Origin: an uncultured Actinomycetes bacterium
Lineage (GTDB): Bacteria; Actinomycetota; UBA4738; HRBIN12
Length of the DNA: 64,000 bases
Assembly (NCBI GenBank): GCA_963704725.1
Contig: OY969934.1
Span: forward strand, 256,001-320,000
Reading direction: 5' to 3'
The notes beneath the pieces are model-generated. The model did not search any database and was not told the origin of the DNA. It worked only from the letters and a program-made list of their open reading frames with translations. This document shows, piece after piece, positions 49,223-58,230 of this stretch. A program made the position numbers and the translations under genes. The stretch's first letter is position 1. Each line of letters begins with the position of its first letter.

Positions 49223-49507
49223 ATGCCCCAGGCGTTCCCCCTTGAGTTCCGCCGTGACGTCGTCGCCGTGGCCCGGCGCAAAGAGGCTCCGATGAGCCAG
49301 ATCGCGAAGGACTTCGGGATCTCCGAGTCCTGTCTGCATCGCTGGGTGAAGCGCGCCGAGATCGAGGACGGCATGCGCGAGGGCCTGACGCTCGCCGAGG
49401 AGGCGGAGATCCGCGAGCTGCGAAAGCGCAACCGGCTGCTCGAGCAGGAGAACGAGGTGCTCCGCCGGGCCGCCGTCTACCTCGGGCAGGGCGTCAACCC
49501 AAAATGA
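49223..49507 (+). CDS. outer IS3 OrfA
   Basis: FPLEFRRDVV, HTH IAKDFGISESCLHRW; AGGAGG SD; CCCAAAA slippery-like site at the OrfA/B junction. Confidence 0.92.
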   Translation: MPQAFPLEFRRDVVAVARRKEAPMSQIAKDFGISESCLHRWVKRAEIEDGMREGLTLAEEAEIRELRKRNRLLEQENEVLRRAAVYLGQGVNPK

Positions 49508-50203
49508 TGTACCCGCTGGTCCGCGAGCTTGCCGCAGACGGGATCCCCGTCACGGTGACCTGCCGGGTGCTCGGCTTCTCGCCGCAGGCCTATCACAAGT
49601 GGAAGGCGAACCCGGTCAGCACCAGGGACTGGTCCGACGCCCACCTTGGGTTCAACCGGTCGATGCAACACCTCCCGCAAGATGAGCGATCGGCTCAGGG
49701 GAGGGTGGAGCGTGACGGATCGAAGACGGCCGCATGCACCGGCGAAGGTGCACAGCTGGCCGAAGATGAGGGACCTGCGTCGGGAGATGATCCAGCTCGC
49801 GAGGCAGGGCATCCTCCAGCGCGAGATCGCCAAGATGTTGGGCGTATCGCAGCAGCTGGTCAGCGTGGTCCTGTTGCCGAAGGGGGGCGTCTACCGGGTC
49901 GAGGACTGGCACCCCTCGGATGCACGGCTGTCCCTGGAGGACCGGATCGAGGTCGGCCTGGGGTGCCAGCGCGGAGACTCGCTTCGCGTGATCGCGCACC
50001 GGATCGGTCGAAGTCCCTCCACGGTTTCCCGCGAGGTGGCCGCGAACGGGGGTCGTGTTTGGTACCGGCCAATGAAGGCCCACCGGCGGGCTCACGCCCT
50101 GGCACGTAGGCCCAAGCCGACCAAGCTCTCTCGCCATCGTCGGTTGCTCTGAACCGCCCTGGGTTTGATGGAGACTCCGAACCTTGGAAACGGAGGAGGA
50201 TCC

Positions 50204-50536
50204 ATGGCCCAGCAGAAGCACCCGTCGTCCAGGCGGTACCCGCCCGAGGTGAGGGACCGAGCGGTCTCACTCGTCCTCACCACGATGCAGCAAAGCGGTG
50301 AGCGTCACGGCGTCGTCACGCGGATCGCCCGCAAGCTCGACATCGGCCCGGAGACGCTCCGCAACTGGGTCCGCCAGGCCGAGATCGACAACGGGACGCG
50401 ACCAGGCCTCAGCACCGACGAGCGTGCCCGGATCGCCGAGCTCGAGAAGGAGAACCGCGAGCTCCGCCGCGCCAACCAGATCCTGAAGGAGGCGAGCGTG
50501 TTTTTCGCCCAGGAGCTCGATCGGCCCCGGAGATGA
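50204..50536 (+). CDS. inner IS3 OrfA
   Basis: RYPPEVRDRAV, ETLRNWVRQ, ELRRANQILK..FFAQELDRP with TTTTTC shift-prone site. Confidence 0.93.
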   Translation: MAQQKHPSSRRYPPEVRDRAVSLVLTTMQQSGERHGVVTRIARKLDIGPETLRNWVRQAEIDNGTRPGLSTDERARIAELEKENRELRRANQILKEASVFFAQELDRPRR

Positions 50537-51420
50537 CCCGCTTCATCGAGACCAGGCGGGATCGTTTCGAGGTCGAGCTCCTGTGCCGGACCCTGGGGGC
50601 ATCGCCGTCGACCTACTACACCCGCAGAAGCCGTCCCCCGTCGGCGAGAGCGATCACCGACGCCTGGCTGCACGAGGAGATCGAACGGGTCTTCAAGGCC
50701 AACTACTCGGTCTACGGCGCCAGGAAGGTGTGGCACCAGCTGCACCGCGAAGGCATCGCGATCGGGCGCGACCGGGTGGCCCGCCTGATGCGCCAGGCTG
50801 GCCTGCACGGAGTCCGGCGAGGGAAGAAGACGTTCACCACCCGTCGCGACGAGAAGGCAGCCCGACCGCCGGATCTCGTGGAGCGGGACTTCACGGCAGC
50901 TCGGCCCAACGCGCTGTGGCTCGCGGACATCACCTACGTCCGTACCTGGTCCGGGTTCTGCTACGTGGCGTTCGTGCAGGACGTCTTCTCCCGCATGATC
51001 GTCGGCTGGTCGATCGCCACGCACCTTCGGACCTCACTCGCCACCGAGGCGCTCGAGATGGCGGTGTGGCGTCGAGGGGTCTCCGTCGAGGGTCTCGTTC
51101 ATCACTCCGACGCCGGAGGTCAATACGTATCGGTGGCCTACTCCGAGCGCCTGGCAGAGCACGGCATCGTCCCCTCGGTCGGCTCCGTGGGCGACTCCTT
51201 CGACAACGCCATGGCCGAGTCGGCGATCGGGCTCTACAAGACCGAGCTGATCCGCCGCCGTGGGCCCTGGCCGAGCCCCGATCAGGTCGAGATCGCCACG
51301 CTTGAGTACATCGACTGGTTCAACTTCCGAAGGCTGCACGGAGAGATCGGCCACGTCCCGCCGGCGGAGTTCGAGGAGGTGTTCTACGCTTCGGAGATCG
51401 AGGAGCGAATCCAAGCCTGA
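50533..51420 (+). CDS. inner IS3 OrfB DDE transposase
   Basis: VYGARKVW, WLADITY, HHSDAGGQY, DNAMAES, YKTE. Confidence 0.95.
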   Translation: MTRFIETRRDRFEVELLCRTLGASPSTYYTRRSRPPSARAITDAWLHEEIERVFKANYSVYGARKVWHQLHREGIAIGRDRVARLMRQAGLHGVRRGKKTFTTRRDEKAARPPDLVERDFTAARPNALWLADITYVRTWSGFCYVAFVQDVFSRMIVGWSIATHLRTSLATEALEMAVWRRGVSVEGLVHHSDAGGQYVSVAYSERLAEHGIVPSVGSVGDSFDNAMAESAIGLYKTELIRRRGPWPSPDQVEIATLEYIDWFNFRRLHGEIGHVPPAEFEEVFYASEIEERIQA

Positions 51421-52994
51421 AGGTCTCTACGGAACCCAGGGCGGTTCAGTCTGCGCACCGGCCGAGCCAAGCGGCTTCCGAGGGCCTGGACGGGCAACCG
51501 ACGGCGCATGATCCCAAACATGGTGATGATCTCCGAACGGCCGCCGGAGGTGGCCGACCGCGCCGTTCCCGGTCACTGGGAGGGTGACCTGTTGATGGGC
51601 CGGGACAACAAGACCGCGATCGGCACGTTGGTGGAACGCAGCACCCGGTTCACGATGCTGGTGAGGCTCCCGGTGGATCACTCCGCCCCGGCGGTGCGAG
51701 AGGCGATCGCTCGAGCGATCGCCTCGCTGCCCGAAGCGGTCCGGCGATCGCTCACGTGGGATCAGGGGCCGGAGATGGCCGAGCACGTGCGATTCAGCGT
51801 GGACACGGGGGTGCAGGTCTACTTCTGTGACCCGCACTCGCCCTGGCAGCGAGGGAGCAACGAGAACACCAACGGACTGCTGCGCCAGTACTTCCCGAAG
51901 GGCACCGACCTGCCCGTCGGCGACCCGAAGCGCCTTCGACAGGTCGCAGACTTGCTCAACGGCAGGCCCCGCAAGACACTGGGATGGAAGACACCGGCGG
52001 AGAAACTCGCGGAAGTTGTTGCGACGACCACTTGAATCCGCCCACCTGGTCGACGCCGCCCTGCAGATCCACGCCGATGATCCGGCCTTCGGCTACCGGT
52101 TCATCACCGACGAGCTCGTCGCCGAGCGCGGCATCACCGCCAGCGAGAACCGGGTGCACCGTCTGTGCAGCGCGCACGGCATCTTCTCGGTGCTCGCCCG
52201 CAAGAAGGGACGAAGGCCCAGGCCCGGAGAGCCGGTGCACGACGACCTGGTCCGCCGTGCGTTCGGTGCCCGCAGGCCGAACGAGCTGTGGTTCACCGAC
52301 ATCACCGAGCACCCGACGGCGGAGGGCAAGCTCTACCTCTGTGCGATCAAGGACGCCTTCTCCGGTCGCATCGTCGGCTACTCGATGGACCACCGGATGA
52401 AGGCTTCTCTGGCCGTGGCCGCGCTCCGAGGCGCGATCGGCCTGCGGAGCCCTGCCGGCACGCTGGTTCACTCGGACCGCGGCAGTCAGTTTCGCTCCGG
52501 GAAGTTCGTGCGTCTGCTGAGGAACCACGGCCTCATCGGGTCGATGGGTCGCACCGGGACCTGCGCCGACAACGCCGCCATGGAGTCGTTCTTCGCCCTG
52601 CTGCAAAGGAACGTCTTGGACCGACAACGCTGGCAGACCAGAGAGGAGCTCCGCCTGGCGATCGTCACCTGGATCGAGCGGACCTATCACCGCCGGCGAC
52701 GTCAGCGCGGCCTCGGTAGGCTCACCCCGATTGAGTTCGAGGCCGTGCACGAGGTCGCCTATGCGGCCTGAAAGCCGTCAACCCCGCGAGTCAACCAAAC
52801 CTGGGGCAGACCCGATCCTGGTCTTGTGGTTGTGGCTCGGTGCGGCTGGCACGATCGTGCTGACACTCGCACTCATAACGGGGTCGGACAGATCGTGGGC
52901 CACCGTGCTGGCGGTCCCGTGTGCCGTCTGGTTCGCCACGACAGCGTGGGCGGAGCGCAGACGTCGTCGAACCGGTCTCTGACTCCGTTTGAAG

Positions 52995-53013
52995 AAGTCC
53001 ATGCGCCCCGGCG
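52995..53013 (+). repeat. 19-bp boundary site, copy 3
   Basis: AAGTCCATGCGCCCCGGCG. Confidence 0.75.
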
Positions 53014-53061
53014 TCCGCAGGCCCGCCCGGATCGGCTATTCACGGAGGACCTGTTCGATCC

Positions 53062-53527
53062 TCAGCCGGTGGCCTCGTCGAGGCCGGGTGTCGGGTAGGG
53101 GCTCGCCTCCTCGGCGGTCGGTGGCCGCATGCACAGCGTCTCGATGTCGACGGTCCAGGTTCCGTCGGCGAGCTGGCCTAGCGCGATCCGCGCCTCGACC
53201 CTGTCACCGATGTACAGCTTGCCGGTCTCAGGCTCGAAACGGTTCGGCCCGGCTCGCGAGGCGAGAGCCGCCGCGTACTCTGCCGCCGCTCGCGGCCCGT
53301 CGGAGGCCAAGAAGGCAGGGAGAGCGGCGAGGGTCTCCTCGGGTGACCGTATCCACCCCCTTCCGCTGGTTCGAAGATCGAGTGCCCGACCTGCGCCTGA
53401 GGACATCCCCACTCGTCGTAGGGGCCACCAGCCGAACCGACCGCCATCGCAAGAGCAGCAGCAGCGGTGAGCCCGGAGACAAACGCCCAACTCGGATGGC
53501 TTTGGATGGCTTCGATCCCACGTGCAT
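53062..53527 (-). pseudogene. putative secreted protein (unit 3) with two apparent one-base deletions
   Basis: MHVGSKPSKAIRVG|AFVSGLTAAAALAMAVGS...EGGGY|SPEETLAAL...DEATG assembled across three frames; CAGAAT 7 nt before ATG. Confidence 0.55.
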
Positions 53528-53574
53528 CAGACTCATTCTGCGTCGTCCAAGAGCCCTGATCGAACCCGGCCCTA

Positions 53575-53593
53575 GAGTCCCCGCGCCCCGGCG
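53575..53593 (+). repeat. 19-bp boundary site, copy 4
   Basis: GAGTCCCCGCGCCCCGGCG. Confidence 0.75.
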
Positions 53594-53669
53594 CCTGCCG
53601 CCTGCGCATCGCGGCGACGTGCGTGGACGGCCGATTCTCAGCTACCAGCGCAGGGGCGTCGCCGGCGAG

Positions 53670-54575
53670 CTAACTCCTGATCTGGGAGACCGCTCGGCGG
53701 ACGAACGCCTCGTACCTCGCGTGCCGCTCTTCCTCGTCCGAGCCGACCGGCGGATCGTCCGAGAGCCACTCCATCGCATCGAGGAGATCCCAGTACGGGT
53801 CGTAGCCGGCAACTCCGATGCTCTCGGACGCGGCGAGGAATCGGTCGGCGACCGCGAGCGAGAAGTCCCACGTGAGGTTCAGGCGCATGTGGGCGAGGTC
53901 GATCCCCACAGGACCGATCGAGCCGGTCGTCCAGTCGACGACGCCCGAGAGATCCTCACCCATCCACAGCGTGTTTCCCTGGTGGTAGTCGCGGTGGATG
54001 AAGCGGGGCGAGTGGTCGGGCCGACGGCCTCCCAGGATCTCGAGGGCTCGTTCCCACGGCCCGGGATCTTTCGACCAGCGGGGGGGTCGAAGGTCGCCGA
54101 CCGCCTTCCCGTCGGACTCGAAGTACGGCTGGTAGCGGTGAAGCTGCTCGCTCGTTCGTGCCGCGTGGATCGGCGGAAGCACCTCGGCGAGGCGTCCGAT
54201 GTACCCATCGAGGTGCGTCGGCCTGTCCGGCATGGGTTCTCCCGGCAGCCATGAGACGAGCAGTGTCGGGACGTCGCACTCGAGCGGGCCGATGTCGGCC
54301 CCGAGCAGCTGCGGCACCGGCAGGTCGACCGGCCGAAGGACCTCGAGAGCCTGGATCTCGCATGCAGGGTCGTACCAGGGGTCGGAGCCGAGTCGATCCG
54401 CATCCACGTAGCGCCGGAGCACCGTGTCGGTCCGAGCTCCGTCCGCCGTCTCGGCGACGAGGTGGTGGTGCGCGTGCGATGCCTTGGGCATTGGCTCGAT
54501 CCGCACGATCCTGGTCCCAGCCCCAAGGGCTGATGCGGCCCACGCGAGCGTGGTCGGTGGAAGCCGTGTCGTCAT
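53670..54575 (-). CDS. aminoglycoside phosphotransferase / choline kinase family protein
   Basis: VLRR, PVPQLL, HRDYHQGN (Brenner motif), VVDW. Confidence 0.88.
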   Translation of the reverse strand: MTTRLPPTTLAWAASALGAGTRIVRIEPMPKASHAHHHLVAETADGARTDTVLRRYVDADRLGSDPWYDPACEIQALEVLRPVDLPVPQLLGADIGPLECDVPTLLVSWLPGEPMPDRPTHLDGYIGRLAEVLPPIHAARTSEQLHRYQPYFESDGKAVGDLRPPRWSKDPGPWERALEILGGRRPDHSPRFIHRDYHQGNTLWMGEDLSGVVDWTTGSIGPVGIDLAHMRLNLTWDFSLAVADRFLAASESIGVAGYDPYWDLLDAMEWLSDDPPVGSDEEERHARYEAFVRRAVSQIRS

Positions 54576-54766
54576 CGGGGCTTCGATGCCCGGAGCCCGA
54601 ACTCGAGCGGGATCCGCCCGCCGCCGACGACCAGAGCGGCTCGTCCGTCCGAGGCGACCGTGAACTTGCTGCCAGCGATGTCGTAGAAGACGCCGTCGTC
54701 ACCGTGGAGAGCCGCCCGCTCCTCCCACCAGGCCAGGTTCCGATCGATCGTCGGCCCCCTATTCGT
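54572..54766 (-). pseudogene. probable remnant of a class I SAM methyltransferase gene
   Basis: Open frame TIDRNLAWWEERAALHGDDGVFYDI...GRIPLEFGLRASKPR*, no canonical start, stop overlaps the APH ATG. Confidence 0.5.
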
Positions 54767-55244
54767 TGTAGCCGGTCGCGCCCCAGGTCTCGTCGAGGAG
54801 CTTCACGAACCACGTGCCGTTGTCGGTCCAGCCCTCCCGGCGGTAGAAGCGGTGGGTCGCCTCCCGCCAGGCGGAGGTCTCGAGCGACATCCGGAAGCAG
54901 CCGCGCTTGCGAGCGAGCGTCTCGGCCTCCGCCAGCAGCGAGCTCCCGATGCCCTTGCCGCGGGCCGACTCCGTCACGACGAGGTCGTTCACCCACGCCT
55001 GGGGCCTGGGGTGGCCGAGGCGCTGGCGGAACTCCATGTCGAGGAACCCGATCACGTCGCCCGCCGGGACCTCGGCGACCAGGGTCCGGGACTCGCGCAG
55101 CGCGAGATGGCCGCCGAACCGGATCACGAACGACGGGTTCGAGGCCGCCGAGGGCGACACGTCGCGCCCGAGCTCGACGAGGAGCGCGGCCACCTGCGGC
55201 CAGTCGTCCACGGTGGCGCGCCGGATGACGTGTGCGAGCCCCAC
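54759..55244 (-). CDS. GNAT acetyltransferase
   Basis: IRRATVDD, LVVTESARGKGIG, HRFYRREG. Confidence 0.9.
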   Translation of the reverse strand: MGLAHVIRRATVDDWPQVAALLVELGRDVSPSAASNPSFVIRFGGHLALRESRTLVAEVPAGDVIGFLDMEFRQRLGHPRPQAWVNDLVVTESARGKGIGSSLLAEAETLARKRGCFRMSLETSAWREATHRFYRREGWTDNGTWFVKLLDETWGATGYNE

Positions 55245-55251
55245 GGCCCGG

Positions 55252-56445
55252 TCAGAACCAGTCGTACATGAAGGGCGCCGGCCCGGCGAACAGCCGCGCC
55301 AGGACGGGCACGGCGGGGTCGTCGCCGTCGATGAGGCCGAGCCGCACGGCGTCGAAGGGCGAAAGGAACCCCGTGTACATCGCCGACAGGATGCCCACGG
55401 GCATCGGCCGGACGCGCGCACCGGTCGCCGACGACACCTCGACCTTGCCGCCCTCCGCCGAGATCCTCCACGGGCCCCGGTTGTCGGGGAACATCCCGTC
55501 CTCGACCGCGAGGATCGCCTCGCCGCTCACCGGTGGGTAGCCCCGGCCCTCGAGCGCGGCGGCGACGTCCAGCAGCCGGAGCATCCACCGGAAGGTCCAC
55601 GACGGCTTCACGCGCTGCTCCTCGACGAGCAGGGCGAGCGGATCCGCCAGCGGTCCCGGGAACGTCACCGCCTGCCCGAGCCCTCGGAAGCCGCGGAAGT
55701 AGCCGAGCAGGGAGGCGTAGCCCTCGATCGTGGAGGCGACGAAGTGCTTGCACGAGAGGCGGAACGCCACGTCGAGGTCGCCCTCGTCCTTCTCGTACAG
55801 GAACGACGCGTAGCCCTCGACCGTCCCCTCCTCGCCCCGCGCCACGACCGCGCGCTGCGGCTCGTCGGGTTTGCGACGACCCATGATCCGCTCCGGCCAC
55901 CACCGGGGGTCGTCGCTGTCGATCGGGCCGTTGTCCTGCTCGGTGGCGCGCCGGTAGCAGGCCCGGACGGCCTCGAGGTCGGGGTCCGGCTCGTACTCCT
56001 CGACCGGCAGGGGCCCGCCGCCCTTGGGCAGGTCCTCCAGACCGACGCAGTGCTCGGTGTACGTTCCCGCGAGCTCGTACCCGAGGCCTCGATACGGGCG
56101 CAGGATGGCCGGGAACAGCGCCGTGAGCGGCACGCCCCGCTCCCTGGCCTCTCGCATGAGGCGTCCGACGGCGAGCGTCGCCAGGCCGGCGCCCCGATGC
56201 TCGGGGAGCGTGCCGACCCCCCAGATCCCGCACATCTCGACGTCGCGGCCGCCGAAGCGCTGCCGGAAGTCGCGGTCGGCGGCCACGCCGAGGACCCGGT
56301 CGCCCTCGAACGCGCACCGGAACCGCTCGAGCGGCAGCTTGGGACCGCTGTGCTCGAGGAAGCCGTGCTCCAGGTTCAGCGAGACGCGAAGGACGTTCGC
56401 CACCTGGTCGCGGTGGTCCTCGGCGGGCGTACGGATCTCGGTCAT
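55252..56445 (-). CDS. Eis-family acetyltransferase (GNAT-GNAT-SCP)
   Basis: VGTLPEHRGAG, ALFP..YRGLGYE, WMLRLLDVAAAL..RGY, C-terminal DWF. Confidence 0.9.
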   Translation of the reverse strand: MTEIRTPAEDHRDQVANVLRVSLNLEHGFLEHSGPKLPLERFRCAFEGDRVLGVAADRDFRQRFGGRDVEMCGIWGVGTLPEHRGAGLATLAVGRLMREARERGVPLTALFPAILRPYRGLGYELAGTYTEHCVGLEDLPKGGGPLPVEEYEPDPDLEAVRACYRRATEQDNGPIDSDDPRWWPERIMGRRKPDEPQRAVVARGEEGTVEGYASFLYEKDEGDLDVAFRLSCKHFVASTIEGYASLLGYFRGFRGLGQAVTFPGPLADPLALLVEEQRVKPSWTFRWMLRLLDVAAALEGRGYPPVSGEAILAVEDGMFPDNRGPWRISAEGGKVEVSSATGARVRPMPVGILSAMYTGFLSPFDAVRLGLIDGDDPAVPVLARLFAGPAPFMYDWF

Positions 56446-56732
56446 CGGACGAACTCGCACCGGCAGGGCGAGGCGTCGCACTTCGGGCAGCCGGTCTCGT
56501 AGCGCGCGGCGGCGGTCGCCAGGTCGACGCCGGTCAGGTTGGCCAGGGACGCCAGCCACGCGAGCACGTCGGAGAACTCCAGCTCGAGCTGGGCCTGGTC
56601 GCCGTGGCGAAGCGCCCGGGCGAGCTCGCCCACCTCCTCGGTGAGCCATCGGAACGTGGCGTCGCGCCCGCGCTTCGCGTCGCGCTCGTAATAGGTCGAG
56701 CGCAGCGTCCGCTGCAGGTCTTCGAGCTCCAT
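56442..56732 (-). CDS. MazG-like NTP pyrophosphohydrolase with C-terminal Cys cluster
   Basis: WLTEEVGELA, EFSDVLAWL, CPKCDASPCRC. Confidence 0.9.
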   Translation of the reverse strand: MELEDLQRTLRSTYYERDAKRGRDATFRWLTEEVGELARALRHGDQAQLELEFSDVLAWLASLANLTGVDLATAAARYETGCPKCDASPCRCEFVR

Positions 56733-58135
56733 CAGGTCGCCGAGTCTACCGGCCTCGCATCGGGGATCCGCCGGGCCACGAGGGCGAGGAGGAGGGCCGC
56801 GAGGACCCCGATCCCGAACGCGCCGGCGATCCCCGCTCGCAGCGAGATCGTGCCGGCGTCCGCGAGCGCGACGCTCGCCCCGCCGAGTCCGGCGCCGACA
56901 CCGACGCCGAGGTAGTCCATCAGGATCATGGACGAGAGCTCGCCGGCCTCGCGGCCCTGGGTGGCCTCCGACATCACCGAGAGCGGGATCGTGGGGAACA
57001 CGATGCCCATGCCGAGGCAGCCCACCGCCCACCCCACGTACGGGACGGCGATCGGGAGGCTCCGCACGAGCCCCCCGCCGACGAGCACGGCGCCCGACGC
57101 GATCAGGAGTCCACCGACGGCGACCAGCCACCGCGCACCGCGACGGCCGATCGTCCGCGACTCGTACCAGCTCCCGAGAGCCCACGCCAGGCTCGCGGCC
57201 GTCACGACCAGCCCCGCCTCGGCCAGCGTGAGCCCCCGCACCTTGCGGAGCATCAGCACGATGAAGCCGTCGACGGCCAGGAACGCGCACGACGCCAGGA
57301 ACGCGCACGCCGCCGCGGCCGGAGCGCCTCGCCGAGCCCACAGCGTGCCGCGCGGCGTGATCCGCCGCAGCCCGGGCACGGCGAGCGCGATCCCGATCGG
57401 GACGAGGACCGCCGTCGCCCACGTCACGCGAGTCAGGCCGGCCAGGACCAGGCCGACCCCCGCCATCACGAGGAGGGCCGGAAGGACCGGCAGCCGGCGC
57501 TCGTCCGGAGAGGGTTCCATCCCCCGGAGCGAGGGGATCACCAGGAGCGCGCCGGCCACGATGGCCGGGACCGGCGCGAGGAACGCCCACCGCCACCCGA
57601 TGGACTCGGCGATGATCGCCCCCAGTAGCGGACCGACCAGGCCGGGCAGGATCCACATCGACGCGAGCAGCGCCATCACCCGCGGCCGGATCCGCTCCGG
57701 GTACGTCTTGGCCACCGCCGCCAGCGAGACGGTGTACAGGCCCCCGCCGCCGACGCCCTGTACGAAGCGGCCCAGCACGATCACGAGCATGGACGGGGCC
57801 GACGCGGCGATGATCAGTCCCAGCGCATACAGTGCGATGGTCACGGCGAGCACCGGGCGTGGTCCCACCCGGTCGGTGATCCGCCCGGCGATCGGCACGG
57901 AGCCGAGCGAGGCCAGCGTGAACGCGGTGAAGATCCACCCGTAGAGCGACAGCCCGCCGAGGTCGCTCTCGACGGCCGGCAGGATCGTCGCGACGATGAG
58001 CGCCTCGATCGCCACGAGCGCCTCGAGCAGGAGCAGCCCGGTCGTGAGCCTTCCCCGCGCTCCGGAGAACACCTCTCGCCACCGTGGAGGCCCCGCGGCG
58101 ACGCCCGTCCCGGCGTCGGTGGTTCCGTCCGTCAT
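56732..58135 (-). CDS. MFS transporter (14-TM, drug-efflux-like)
   Basis: GRITDRVGPR, GRFVQGVGGG, GPLLG. Confidence 0.92.
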   Translation of the reverse strand: MTDGTTDAGTGVAAGPPRWREVFSGARGRLTTGLLLLEALVAIEALIVATILPAVESDLGGLSLYGWIFTAFTLASLGSVPIAGRITDRVGPRPVLAVTIALYALGLIIAASAPSMLVIVLGRFVQGVGGGGLYTVSLAAVAKTYPERIRPRVMALLASMWILPGLVGPLLGAIIAESIGWRWAFLAPVPAIVAGALLVIPSLRGMEPSPDERRLPVLPALLVMAGVGLVLAGLTRVTWATAVLVPIGIALAVPGLRRITPRGTLWARRGAPAAAACAFLASCAFLAVDGFIVLMLRKVRGLTLAEAGLVVTAASLAWALGSWYESRTIGRRGARWLVAVGGLLIASGAVLVGGGLVRSLPIAVPYVGWAVGCLGMGIVFPTIPLSVMSEATQGREAGELSSMILMDYLGVGVGAGLGGASVALADAGTISLRAGIAGAFGIGVLAALLLALVARRIPDARPVDSAT

Positions 58136-58230
58136 CGTGACGAGAGCTTACGGAGGCCCCCGACCATGAACCGGGCGATTTCCCGACCGCGAGTCCCATT
58201 CGAGCCCCGGCCGGCCGCTACACTCGGCCG

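Larger units (their letters stand above)
50150..51448 (+). mobile_element. inner IS3-family element (IS51/IS6110-like ends), apparently intact, 1299 bp
   Basis: TGAACCGCCCTGGGTT...AACCCAGGGCGGTTCA terminal IRs; no target duplication. Confidence 0.95.
49712..52035 (+). pseudogene. IS30 transposase, split and partly deleted
   Basis: RSPSTVSREV, RRPKP; after the insert PGHWEGDL, LVERSTR, LTWDQG, SPWQRGSNENTNGLLRQYFPKG. Confidence 0.92.
49645..52042 (+). mobile_element. IS30-family element inside the outer IS3, itself disrupted
   Basis: Imperfect 26-bp IRs CTTGGGTTCAACCGGTCGATGCAACA / TGTTGCGACGACCACTTGAATCCGCC, CAC duplication; exact ends ambiguous by a few bp. Confidence 0.88.
49504..52771 (+). 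pseudogene. outer IS3 OrfB (DDE), split by IS30
   Basis: MMYPLVREL...DAH (to 49644) continues LVDAALQIH...WFTDITEH, HSDRGSQF, DNAAMESFF from 52046. Confidence 0.9.
49157..52813 (+). mobile_element. outer IS3-family element (1256 bp once the inner elements are removed)
   Basis: IRs GGGTCTGCCCAGCCTTTGGTTGACTC / GAGTCAACCAAACCTGGGGCAGACCC, 3-bp target duplication GAT. Confidence 0.93.
48858..52982 (+). pseudogene. membrane protein gene (unit 2) interrupted by the IS stack
   Basis: Joining 48858-49156 to 52817-52982 restores a 154-aa 4-TM ORF (...WSRASDR|ILVLWLWLG...). Confidence 0.85.

Noticed and set aside
48238-53593. Classical integron attC array or CRISPR array
   Set aside because: Only one GTTRRRY (48258-48264), no RYYYAAC partner, no long stems and no intI. 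Spacers of about 550 bp and the absence of cas genes exclude CRISPR.
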